A stretch of 64,000 bases of DNA, taken from assembly GCA_963840855.1 (NCBI GenBank), contig CAWJBB010000074.1:1-64000 (forward strand), in the 5' to 3' direction. Every line of letters begins with the position of its first letter. The stretch's first letter is position 1. A program made the translations under genes and the position numbers. Below the pieces are notes generated by a model. The model ran no database searches. It saw only the letters and a list, made by a program, of their open reading frames with translations, and was not told the origin of the DNA. Source of the DNA: an uncultured delta proteobacterium. GTDB lineage: Bacteria > Desulfobacterota > Binatia > UBA9968. Shown here piece after piece: positions 10,459-20,917 of the stretch.

Positions 10459-10629
10459 ATTTGAACTCGGACAGCTTGTCAACTCCCCCGTGCTTCCGTT
10501 AATTCGCTGAACATTGAACGAGCTGAGAATTGACAGGAGGCAATTGTAATCGCGACGTAAGATCTTTGGCTGGCCGTGCTGACCGAAGCATCGTGCTGGC
10601 GTATTCCTTTCGTATTCCTTAACTGTATA

Positions 10630-10658
10630 TTGACTTTGTGCGGGTTTTCCTTTAAAAA
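10630..10658 (+). promoter_or_regulatory. Putative sigma70 promoter of rplU
   Basis: TTGACT-17 nt-TAAAAA. Confidence 0.45.
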
Positions 10659-10678
10659 AATTGTTTCAAGAAATTCTC

Positions 10679-10993
10679 ATGAAATACGCGGTAATTAGAA
10701 CTGGTGGCAAACAGTATCGGGTGTCCGAAGGGCAGCTCGTTAAGATCGAGAAGCTCGGTGGAGAAGTCGGCGACAAGGTCACTTTGGGTGACGTTTTGTT
10801 CGTTGGCGGCAACGGTGAAGTGAAGATCGGAGCGCCATTGGTGGCCGATGCCAAGGTCACCGGCGAGATCGTCGGCCAGGGCAAGGCAAAAAAGGTTCTG
10901 GTATTCAAGAAGAAACGGCGTAAAAGCTATAGCCGGCAGCGAGGCCACCGCCAGCACCAGACCACCCTGAAGATCACCGCGATTGAAGCGTAA
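10679..10993 (+). CDS. rplU: 50S ribosomal protein L21
   Basis: [13 protein letters not shown]; FKKKRRK.Y.R..GHRQ. Confidence 0.98.
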   Translation: MKYAVIRTGGKQYRVSEGQLVKIEKLGGEVGDKVTLGDVLFVGGNGEVKIGAPLVADAKVTGEIVGQGKAKKVLVFKKKRRKSYSRQRGHRQHQTTLKITAIEA

Positions 10994-11007
10994 CCAAGGA
11001 GCAAGAG

Positions 11008-11268
11008 ATGGCGCATAAAAAAGCCGGTGGCAGCTCGCGTAACGGCAGAGACAGCCAAGGGCAACGGCGCGGCGTGAAAGTTTTTGGCGGTGAGACCGTG
11101 CGCGCGGGCAATATTCTGGTCCGGCAACTGGGCACGAGGATTCACCCTGGAAAGAACGTCGGCATGGGACGGGACTATACTTTGTTCGCGTTGACCGATG
11201 GCATCGTCAAGTATGGGCGCTACGATAAGACTCGAAAGAAAGTCGAAGTGCTGCCGGCTGTGCAATGA
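11008..11268 (+). CDS. rpmA: 50S ribosomal protein L27
   Basis: [24 protein letters not shown]; SD AAGGAG. Confidence 0.98.
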   Translation: MAHKKAGGSSRNGRDSQGQRRGVKVFGGETVRAGNILVRQLGTRIHPGKNVGMGRDYTLFALTDGIVKYGRYDKTRKKVEVLPAVQ

Positions 11269-11290
11269 TGGGAAGATCATTGCCGATCTG

Positions 11291-11317
11291 AAAAGCCCCG
11301 TTCGGGGCTTTTTTTTT
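11291..11317 (+). terminator. Intrinsic terminator after rpmA
   Basis: AAAAGCCCCG-TT-CGGGGCTTTTTTTTT. Confidence 0.85.
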
Positions 11318-11352
11318 ATCCGCGAGAAGGGGATGATAGGACAAAAGGATGA

Positions 11353-13618
<2,266 letters not shown>

Positions 13619-13664
13619 CGGGCGGCAGAAATAGACTCATATGCTCTCGCTTCGACGTATAACA

Positions 13665-13693
13665 GTAGGGGACGGTCGCGACCGTCCCCGTAC
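13665..13693. repeat. GTAG-type REP palindrome
   Basis: GTAG overlapping a perfect 22-bp palindrome GGGGACGGTCGCGACCGTCCCC. Confidence 0.65.
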
Positions 13694-13723
13694 GCTTTTT
13701 GAAGTTCCACCAAGGATTTCGAA

Positions 13724-14989
13724 GTGAATAAAACTTCATTGAAAGAGGAAGCGATCCTTTTGGGCCAGCAGGCCAAGGCGGCTGCGCGGAAGCTCGCGCC
13801 GCTTTCCTCCGCAGAGAAAAATGGCGCCTTGCTGCTGATGGCGGAGAAACTTGAAGCCCGAACGGCGTTTCTACTTAAGGAGAACGAGAAGGACCTTGAA
13901 TTCGCCAAGCAGACCAGTGTGTCCGGCGCGGTGCTAGACCGCATCGCTCTCAATCCCGATCGCGTTCAAACGATGGCCAAGGGTTTACGCGAAGTCGTGG
14001 CGCTGCCGGACCCCGTGCGAGAAATCGTCAAGATGTGGCGGCGCCCCAATGGCCTTCAAGTCGGCAAGATGCGCATTCCCCTGGGAGTTATCGGCATGAT
14101 CTATGAAGCGCGGCCCAACGTCACGGCGGATGCCGCGGCGCTCTGTCTCAAGTCTGGAAATGCCGTGATTTTGCGCGGCGGCAGCGAGGCGCATTTCTCG
14201 AACCAAGCCATTGGCGAGGTGTTGCGTCAAGCCCTAGCGGAAACAAGCGTGCCCCCGGCGGCGATTCAGGTCGTGGAGAACAAGGACCGCGCGCTGGTGC
14301 GGGAGCTGCTGCAATTGGAAGAGTACATCGATCTGATCATTCCGCGCGGCGGCGAGGAGCTGATCCGCGCCGTGGCGGCGAGTTCAAAAGTGCCCGTCAT
14401 CAAGCACTTCAAAGGCGTGTGCCATGTTTACGTGGACAATGAAGCGCCTCTCGAGATGGCAGAGCGCATCTGCATGAACGCCAAGGTGCAGCGCCCGTCC
14501 GTGTGTAACGCCATGGAGACGCTGCTTGTGCACGAAGCTATTGCCGGCAGGTTTCTTCCATCCATAGCAGTGAAATATCAGGCCGCGGGGGTGGAGATTC
14601 GCGGATGCGAAAAGACCCGCGCTCTCGTGCCTGCGGCGAAAGAAGCCACGGAAGCCGACTGGACAACGGAGTATCTCGACTTGATTCTCTCGGTTCGCGT
14701 TGTGAAAGACATAGACGAAGCCATCGATCACATCGAGCGCTATGGCTCCGAACACACGGAAACCATTGTGACCACGAACTATCAAAGGTCGCGGGAGTTC
14801 ATCGACCGCGTCAATTCTTCGGCGGTGATGGTCAATGCGTCCACCCGCTTCAACGATGGCGGCGAGCTAGGGCTGGGCGCGGAAATCGGCATCAGCACGA
14901 GCAAAATTCACGCCTTCGGCCCGATGGGATTGGAAGAGCTAACGACGACTAAGTTCGTCGTGTTGGGGGATGGGCAGATTCGGGAATGA
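13724..14989 (+). CDS. proA: Glutamate-5-semialdehyde dehydrogenase
   Basis: PLGVIGMIYEARPNVT, PSVCNAMETLLVH, NASTRFNDGGELGLGAEIGIST. Confidence 0.97.
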   Translation: MNKTSLKEEAILLGQQAKAAARKLAPLSSAEKNGALLLMAEKLEARTAFLLKENEKDLEFAKQTSVSGAVLDRIALNPDRVQTMAKGLREVVALPDPVREIVKMWRRPNGLQVGKMRIPLGVIGMIYEARPNVTADAAALCLKSGNAVILRGGSEAHFSNQAIGEVLRQALAETSVPPAAIQVVENKDRALVRELLQLEEYIDLIIPRGGEELIRAVAASSKVPVIKHFKGVCHVYVDNEAPLEMAERICMNAKVQRPSVCNAMETLLVHEAIAGRFLPSIAVKYQAAGVEIRGCEKTRALVPAAKEATEADWTTEYLDLILSVRVVKDIDEAIDHIERYGSEHTETIVTTNYQRSREFIDRVNSSAVMVNASTRFNDGGELGLGAEIGISTSKIHAFGPMGLEELTTTKFVVLGDGQIRE

Positions 14990-15025
14990 TCACGCCACCC
15001 CAAATTACCCCTCCACCCAGCGCCT

Positions 15026-15087
15026 GTCTCGGGTCTCGGGTCTTGGGTCTCGGGTTGACGCGAGACGCTGTACTCGAGACTCGAGAC
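15026..15087. repeat. Heptamer-periodic inverted repeat (GTCTCGG)n...(NCGAGAC)n
   Basis: Four GTCTYGG units, a short loop, then GCGAGAC/GCTGTAC/TCGAGAC/TCGAGAC. Confidence 0.8.
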
Positions 15088-15167
15088 AAATTGCGAAGTC
15101 ATTTCACGCGATGGACATGGCCGCTCGCAGCTTGTAAATTTTCTCGGGAAGGTCATCTCGGTCGCCC

Positions 15168-15830
15168 ATGAGGATCGGTCTGTTCGGCGGCACCTTCGAT
15201 CCGATCCATTGGGGCCACCTGCGTAGCGCCGAAGAGGTGCGCGAGGCCTTCGCCCTGGACCGGATTTTTTTCATTCCCACCGCTAAGCCGCCGCACAAAC
15301 GTGGCCAGACCAAAACGTCAGCGCGTGACCGTCTGGCGATGGTGCGCTTGGCGCTGGCGAGCAATCCAAACTTCGGAGTTTCCACCGTCGAAATCAACCG
15401 GCCGGGGGTGTCCTATTCCGTCGACACGCTGCGCTATTTCGCCGCGCGCAAGCGGAGCAATGACACTTATTATTTCATCCTGGGCCTCGACGCATTTCGG
15501 GAGATCGAATCCTGGAAGAATTTCAAGCAAGTGTTTCCGCTTTGTAATTTTATCGTTACATCGCGTCCGGGGAGCCGAAAGTCGAATCTATTGAGTGGCA
15601 TCTCCATTGCCGTGCGGAAACTGTTTTGTTATGATCCAAAAGAGAAAAATTATCGCCATCGGAGTGGCAGTACGCTGCATTTCTTGCAACTCACCGACTT
15701 CGCCGTTTCGGCGTCTGACATTCGCGCCAGAGTTCGGCTGGGCAAATCGATCCGTTACCTGGTGCCCCATGCAGTCGAAGAGTATATCGGCAATCGGCGT
15801 CTTTACCGGGGGCCGGCAGGGGAGAACTAG
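15168..15830 (+). CDS. nadD: Nicotinate-nucleotide adenylyltransferase
   Basis: GLFGGTFDPIHWGH, PPHK, SYSVDTL, ILGLD, VSASDIR. Confidence 0.97.
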   Translation: MRIGLFGGTFDPIHWGHLRSAEEVREAFALDRIFFIPTAKPPHKRGQTKTSARDRLAMVRLALASNPNFGVSTVEINRPGVSYSVDTLRYFAARKRSNDTYYFILGLDAFREIESWKNFKQVFPLCNFIVTSRPGSRKSNLLSGISIAVRKLFCYDPKEKNYRHRSGSTLHFLQLTDFAVSASDIRARVRLGKSIRYLVPHAVEEYIGNRRLYRGPAGEN

Positions 15831-15835
15831 CGCCA

Positions 15836-16216
15836 TTGGCTGAGAAAAACTCGTGGGAAAGGACCTTAACACTCGTGGCCGCCGCGTTGGAGAAGAAGGC
15901 CTGCAATCTCAACGTGCTTTGTGTAAAGGAAATAACGTCCATCGCGGATTATTTTATTATCTGTTCGGGACGTTCCGACCGGCAGGTACAGAGCATTGCC
16001 CAGGGGATCGAAGAGACGGCGCTGACGCTGGGTATCAGGCCCTTTGCGGTCGAAGGCGCCGGCCGCGGCCATTGGGTGCTCATGGATTTTTCTGACGTCA
16101 TCGTGCACATCTTTTACGAACCCGTCCGTGAGTTCTACGATCTCGATGGGCTGTGGGGCGACGCTCCGCGGGCCGAATTGCCGGAACACTATGCGAAACT
16201 TGCCGGCCAGTTTTGA
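15836..16216 (+). CDS. rsfS: Ribosome silencing factor
   Basis: EKKA, IADYFIICSG.S.RQV..IA, WVLMD..DVIVHIF....R.FYDL..LW. Confidence 0.95.
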   Translation: MAEKNSWERTLTLVAAALEKKACNLNVLCVKEITSIADYFIICSGRSDRQVQSIAQGIEETALTLGIRPFAVEGAGRGHWVLMDFSDVIVHIFYEPVREFYDLDGLWGDAPRAELPEHYAKLAGQF

Positions 16217-16219
16217 ATC

Positions 16220-16303
16220 GTTCAAAGTTCCGATGTTCGAGGTTCAAAGTTTGGGAACTTAAAGCTCCAGCGCAAATTCGACCTTGAACATTAAACGTTG
16301 AAC
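16220..16303. repeat. GTTCAA-heptamer inverted repeat element, copy 1
   Basis: GTTCAAA/GTTCCGAT/GTTCGAG/GTTCAAA ... CTTGAAC/ATTAAAC/GTTGAAC. Confidence 0.75.
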
Positions 16304-16335
16304 CCAATATTGCCCATCCAGGAAAGGAAGTTTTC

Positions 16336-17880
16336 GTGAGCATAGCGCGCCCGCTAATTCTCGTGATTTTGGATGGATTCGGCATCAACCCGCGAAAAGA
16401 CGGCAACGCAATCGCCCATGCATCGATGCGTAATCTAGACGCGCTGTTGCGGAACTATCCAAATTCGCGTCTCTCCATGTCCGGCGCCGATGTCGGTTTG
16501 CCCGAGGGGCAGATGGGCAACTCAGAAGTGGGCCACATGATTCTCGGCGCGGGGCGCATCGTGTACCAAGACCTCACGTTGATTCACAAGGACATCGACG
16601 AGGGGAGCTTCTACAAAAATCCGGTTCTGCTCGATGCGTTGAGGAAAACCAAAGAGCGGAGCGGCCGGCTCCATTTGATGGGCCTTTTAGGCGACGGCGG
16701 CGTTCATAGCCATCAGCGGCATCTGGAGGCGTTGATCGAGATGGCGCGCCGCGAGAATGTGAATCGCATATATCTCCATCTTTTTCTCGACGGCCGCGAC
16801 ACCCCGCCCAACAGCGCCGAGCAGTTCGTGCTCGACTTAGACGAGAAGCTCAAGGCGTATCCCGAAACCAAAATTGCTACCGTTATGGGGCGCTACTACG
16901 CCATGGACCGCGACAAACGCTGGGAACGTGTTGAAAAGGCCTATCGTTGTCTCACCGAAGGAGCCGGGAAAAAAGCGCCGTCGGCGCTGGATGCGATCCG
17001 CCAAAGCTACGCGGAAAAAGTTACCGACGAATTTCTACTGCCCGCGCTTATGGAAGACCCCGGCCACGAAGGGCTCATTCGCGACGGCGATGGGGCGATC
17101 TTTTTTAACTTCCGGGCGGACCGAGCGCGGGAGCTGACGCGGGCGTTTACGGAGGAAAACTTTAAAGAGTTTCCGCGCCCGCGCCGCATCGACCTCGCGG
17201 CTTTTGCGACCCTGACGCAGTACGATGAAAAGTTCAAACTGCCAGCGGCGTATCAGCCGAGAGAACTGAGGCAAATCCTGGGGCAAGTGGCGAGCGATCA
17301 TGGCATTCGCCAACTGCGCATCGCCGAGACTGAAAAGTACGCCCACGTGACCTATTTCTTCAACGGCGGGGAAGAAAAGGAGTTTTCCGGTGAACAGCGT
17401 ATTATGATCCCTTCGCCGAGAGACGTCGCCACCTACGATCTGAAGCCCGAAATGAGCGCGCGGCAAGTCACCGAGGCACTGGTAAAAAAATTCCGTGCGG
17501 AAGACATCGGCCTGGTGATCGCCAACTATGCCAACGCCGACATGGTCGGTCATACGGGAAACTTTGAGGCATCGGTGAAAGCTTGCGAGGTGATCGACGA
17601 GTGCCTCGGCAAAGTGGTGGACGCCGCGCTGGGTAAAAAAGGCCGCGTGGTTATTACTGCGGATCACGGCAATATCGAACAGCTCATCGATTACGACACC
17701 GGCATGCCCCACACTGCGCATACAACCAATCTCGTGCCGTTGATCCTTGTGGATGAGGAGCGCAAGAACGTCGAGCTCAAGCAAGGCGCGGCCAGCGACG
17801 TCGCGCCGACGGTTTTGAAGCTCCTCGAAGTTCCCCAGCCGAAAGAAATGACGGGCCGGTCGCTCGTCGTTGAATCCTAG
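16336..17880 (+). CDS. gpmI: 2,3-bisphosphoglycerate-independent phosphoglycerate mutase
   Basis: LILVILDGFG, GQMGNSEVGH, GRYYAMDRD, FNFRADR, AETEKYAHVT, DMVGHTG, TADHGN. Confidence 0.98.
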   Translation: MSIARPLILVILDGFGINPRKDGNAIAHASMRNLDALLRNYPNSRLSMSGADVGLPEGQMGNSEVGHMILGAGRIVYQDLTLIHKDIDEGSFYKNPVLLDALRKTKERSGRLHLMGLLGDGGVHSHQRHLEALIEMARRENVNRIYLHLFLDGRDTPPNSAEQFVLDLDEKLKAYPETKIATVMGRYYAMDRDKRWERVEKAYRCLTEGAGKKAPSALDAIRQSYAEKVTDEFLLPALMEDPGHEGLIRDGDGAIFFNFRADRARELTRAFTEENFKEFPRPRRIDLAAFATLTQYDEKFKLPAAYQPRELRQILGQVASDHGIRQLRIAETEKYAHVTYFFNGGEEKEFSGEQRIMIPSPRDVATYDLKPEMSARQVTEALVKKFRAEDIGLVIANYANADMVGHTGNFEASVKACEVIDECLGKVVDAALGKKGRVVITADHGNIEQLIDYDTGMPHTAHTTNLVPLILVDEERKNVELKQGAASDVAPTVLKLLEVPQPKEMTGRSLVVES

Positions 17881-18015
17881 CAGCCTGCTGAAAAATTAAT
17901 CTCGTACTTCGAGAGCATCGCACGAGCGGAAAATCTCCAATGATCTTAATCGTTCCTCCGTTCGCCCTGAGGATTCTCGAAGGGTGAACTCGCGAGGCCG
18001 CTAATTTCCTGCTAA
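17878..18015. mobile_element. MITE-like element, left end TAGCAGCCTGCTGAAAAA, degenerate right end
   Basis: Left end starts at the gpmI TAG stop; internal CCCTGAGGATTCTCGAAGGG module; ends CCTGCTAA. Confidence 0.5.
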
Positions 18016-18029
18016 GGTCACTACGCGAT

Positions 18030-18794
18030 ATGCAGCTTACCGCCTCACACGAACTTGCGGATCGTTTCGACTGGATCGTGGACTGGCTTTTCCCGCCCCG
18101 CTGCCGTGCGTGCGCAGGCTGGATTCACGGCAGGGACGCGGAATACTTTTGTTCATCTTGTGGGCCGAGCATAGAGCTCGTAAGGCATCCGCTGTGCACC
18201 GTGTGTGGCCGGCCGTTTCTCGAAGCCAGCGGGGACGATCATCCCTGTGGCGCTTGTATAAAGCGGGCTCCCCATTTTGTCCAGGCGCGGGCCTGGGCTT
18301 GCTATCCGCGTGAAGAACTGGACGAACAACCGCTCAGGAGCGTGGTGCAAAAATTCAAGTACGGCGGCAAAGTGTCTCTCGGAAAACCGTTGGGCCGACT
18401 CATGGCACGCGGCTGCGAAGGGTTTTTGCGCGAGTGCGACGCCGATCTGATCGTGCCGGTGCCGCTTCATCCCAAGCGGCTGCGCTGGCGCGGCTTTAAC
18501 CAATCCGTCTTGCTGGCGCGCCAGGTGAGCCGCGCCTACGATACGCCGATGGATCCGTTTGTCCTCTTACGTCGCCGGGAAACGCCGCCACAAACCCAAC
18601 TAACGGAAGAAGAGCGGCGCAAAAATATGCGCGGCGCTTTCTCGTTGAATCCAGATAAACCCATCGAGGATAAGAGAATACTGTTGATTGACGATGTTTA
18701 CACGTCCGGGGCCACGGTCAACGAGTGTAGTCGAGCGCTGCGGCGGGGCGGCGCCCGAGAGGTCTATGTCCTGACACTGGCGCGAGCAGTTTAG
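18030..18794 (+). CDS. comF: ComF family protein (double zinc ribbon plus phosphoribosyltransferase domain)
   Basis: FPPRC..C, several CxxC pairs, PVPLH..R...RGFNQS, LLIDDVYTSGAT. Confidence 0.92.
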   Translation: MQLTASHELADRFDWIVDWLFPPRCRACAGWIHGRDAEYFCSSCGPSIELVRHPLCTVCGRPFLEASGDDHPCGACIKRAPHFVQARAWACYPREELDEQPLRSVVQKFKYGGKVSLGKPLGRLMARGCEGFLRECDADLIVPVPLHPKRLRWRGFNQSVLLARQVSRAYDTPMDPFVLLRRRETPPQTQLTEEERRKNMRGAFSLNPDKPIEDKRILLIDDVYTSGATVNECSRALRRGGAREVYVLTLARAV

Positions 18795-18924
18795 CAGACT
18801 GCTGAAAAAGACCCATATGCTTCGTTGCGCTCGATCGATTTCGCGTCAACGTACTACGGATGTACGCCTCCGCTCGTCAATTTTTCGCGCGCCTCGCCTC
18901 TGAATCCTTTTGAGCAGCCTGCTA
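18792..18924. mobile_element. MITE-like element with ~18-bp terminal inverted repeats
   Basis: TAGCAGACTGCTGAAAAAG ... CTTTTGAGCAGCCTGCTA; the left TAG is the comF stop codon. Confidence 0.7.
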
Positions 18925-19056
18925 GGGCTAAAAAGCTTGCGCGTGTGGCCGGTATCGCGACGCACTCTCATGGCGCGGGTGAGAAGACAGGAAGGGTATT
19001 GAACCGCTGGAACGATTGAACTTTTGGAACCATTTGGAACGAAAGTGCAGCGACTT

Positions 19057-19638
19057 ATGGCGCGGGACGATCAAGAAAAATGGGATCGGCGATACGCCGA
19101 TGCGCAGGGGCCGGACGGTCCGTCGAATTTCCTCGCCGAGATTCTTTCAGCTGAAGCGTGGTCCATACCGCCGGGTCGAGCGCTCGATGTCGCGTGCGGC
19201 ATGGGGCGAAACGCACTGTTCCTCGCGGCCCGAGGTTTTGAGGTTACTGCCCTGGATATTTCGATCGTCGCTTTGGCAGAAGCGCGCCGCCGGGCGCTGG
19301 CGAGGTCTCTGGCGGTATCTTGGCAACAGGCCGATTTAGAACAAATCCAGCTTCCCCAGGCCCGCTACGACCTCATTGTTAATTTCAACTATTTGCAGAG
19401 ATCGTTAATCCCGCAAATCCATTCGGCCCTCACGGTTGGCGGCCATGTGATATTTGAAACCTACCTGATCGATCAGAAGGAGATCGGCGATCCGAAAAAT
19501 CCTCAATACCTACTTGCCCATAACGAGCTATTGGATCTTTTTCGCGGCTGTCGCGTTCTTTACTACCGCGAAGGAAAGTTAGCCGATGGCGGTGCGAGCT
19601 CTTTTCGGGCGGGAATCTTGGCGCAGAAAGTCATTTAA
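19057..19638 (+). CDS. Class I SAM-dependent methyltransferase (TehB-like)
   Basis: KWDRRY, ALDVACGMGRNALFLA..GF.V.ALDIS, NYLQR. Confidence 0.88.
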   Translation: MARDDQEKWDRRYADAQGPDGPSNFLAEILSAEAWSIPPGRALDVACGMGRNALFLAARGFEVTALDISIVALAEARRRALARSLAVSWQQADLEQIQLPQARYDLIVNFNYLQRSLIPQIHSALTVGGHVIFETYLIDQKEIGDPKNPQYLLAHNELLDLFRGCRVLYYREGKLADGGASSFRAGILAQKVI

Positions 19639-19657
19639 CTTCCACATTCGGCGCCCT

Positions 19658-19850
19658 TAACACAGGCTGTAAAAAATCTCTCGGAGTCCTTCGACCCTTC
19701 GAGGGGCCTCAGGGCAGGCCCCCTCGACAGCCTTTAGTCCCGAGCCTGTCGACGGGTCAGGACGAACGGGGATAGATTTGAAACGATCAAGAAAAGTCGT
19801 TCATGCTGAGGCACTCGAAGCATTCCGTATGTTTTTTCTGCGACCTGCTA
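19658..19850. mobile_element. MITE-like composite element containing nested CCCTTCGA/CTCAGGG modules
   Basis: TAACACAGGCTGTAAAAAA ... TTTTTTCTGCGACCTGCTA ends; several internal CCTTCGA..CTCAGG or CTGAG..TCGAAG hairpin modules. Confidence 0.55.
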
Positions 19851-19869
19851 GTTAATGTGCCCGCATCTG

Positions 19870-19897
19870 TTGTAATATCGCAATATTTAAATATAAT
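19870..19897 (+). promoter_or_regulatory. Putative sigma70 promoter with an overlapping 20-bp ATAT-N12-ATAT candidate operator
   Basis: TTGTAA-16 nt-TATAAT; ATATCGCAATATTTAAATAT (19875-19894) spans the spacer. Confidence 0.5.
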
Positions 19898-19917
19898 GAT
19901 AATGAATTGGTCGGCCT

Positions 19918-20886
19918 ATGGAATTTGTTCGCGCCCTCAAAGCTTTAGCGGACCCTTTGCGTTTGCGCATCCTCGCGGCGGTTTCCGAAGAGGAACTCAC
20001 GGTCGGGGAGGTGCAGGAGATCGTTGAGTCGCGGCAGTCGTCGGTCTCACGCAACCTCGCTATTCTGCGCGAGGCCGGCTTCGTCCAGGATCGCAAGGAA
20101 GGGACGAGCGTGTATTTTTCCGGGCGCCCAATCATGCCCGAGCCGGCGCGGGAACTCTTCAAGTCGCTGCATTCTCGGCTCTCCGATATCCCCGAGGTCA
20201 AACGCGATCAGGCTCGACTGGAAGAGTGCCGGCGCCGGCGTCAGCTGCGTTCCCGGGGCTATTTTGAAGCGATGGCGGGGGATTGGGAACGCATTCGCAA
20301 GAGCTATTTCGACGACCGGGTGACTTCACTGGCGATCGAGAAATTGCTGCCGCGCGACCTTACGCTCGCCGATATCGGTTGCGGCACGGGCAGCTTGACC
20401 TTTGAGCTGGCCCGTTTTGCCGGCAAGGTCATCGGCGTCGATCTTTCCCATGAGATGTTGCGGCGCGCTCGCGCCGTCGCTAAGGAACGGGAGTTTCGCA
20501 ACGTCGAATTTCGCCAGGGCGACGCCCTCAAGCCGCCCTTGGATTCCCGCAGCGTCGACGCGGCCTTTTGCGTCATGGTGCTGCATTTTCTCGCCGACCC
20601 AGAGCGCGCCATCGCCGGCCTGTGCCGCATCGCCCGGCGCGGCGGCACGGTGATCCTGGTCGATTTGGTAGAGCACAAACAGGATTGGATGCGCGAGCAA
20701 ATGGCGCACCGCTGGCTCGGATTCGACCGCGGATCGATTGAGCGATGGTTTCACGAAGCCGGGGCCGAATCGGTAGATTACGATTTAACCGGATCTTACG
20801 CCGGCGAGAAAATGGCGCGCAATGGCAATCGGCCGGTGGAAATTTTCGTCGCGCGTGCGCGCTTGCCGGTAAAAGCCAGCGGGTAA
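19918..20886 (+). CDS. ArsR-family HTH fused to a SAM-methyltransferase-like domain (SahR-like regulator)
   Basis: N-terminal KALADPLRLRIL...ELTVGE....QSSVSRNLAILREAG; C-terminal ADIGCGTG, MVLH, QDWMREQMAHRWLGF; directly upstream of metH. Confidence 0.85.
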   Translation: MEFVRALKALADPLRLRILAAVSEEELTVGEVQEIVESRQSSVSRNLAILREAGFVQDRKEGTSVYFSGRPIMPEPARELFKSLHSRLSDIPEVKRDQARLEECRRRRQLRSRGYFEAMAGDWERIRKSYFDDRVTSLAIEKLLPRDLTLADIGCGTGSLTFELARFAGKVIGVDLSHEMLRRARAVAKEREFRNVEFRQGDALKPPLDSRSVDAAFCVMVLHFLADPERAIAGLCRIARRGGTVILVDLVEHKQDWMREQMAHRWLGFDRGSIERWFHEAGAESVDYDLTGSYAGEKMARNGNRPVEIFVARARLPVKASG

Positions 20887-20917
20887 ATCATCCAAGAAGA
20901 CAAAGTCATGAATCAGA

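Noticed and set aside
19640-20917. SAM or cobalamin riboswitch upstream of metH
   Set aside because: No recognisable aptamer; the structured DNA is a MITE-like repeat and the gap before metH is only 31 nt.
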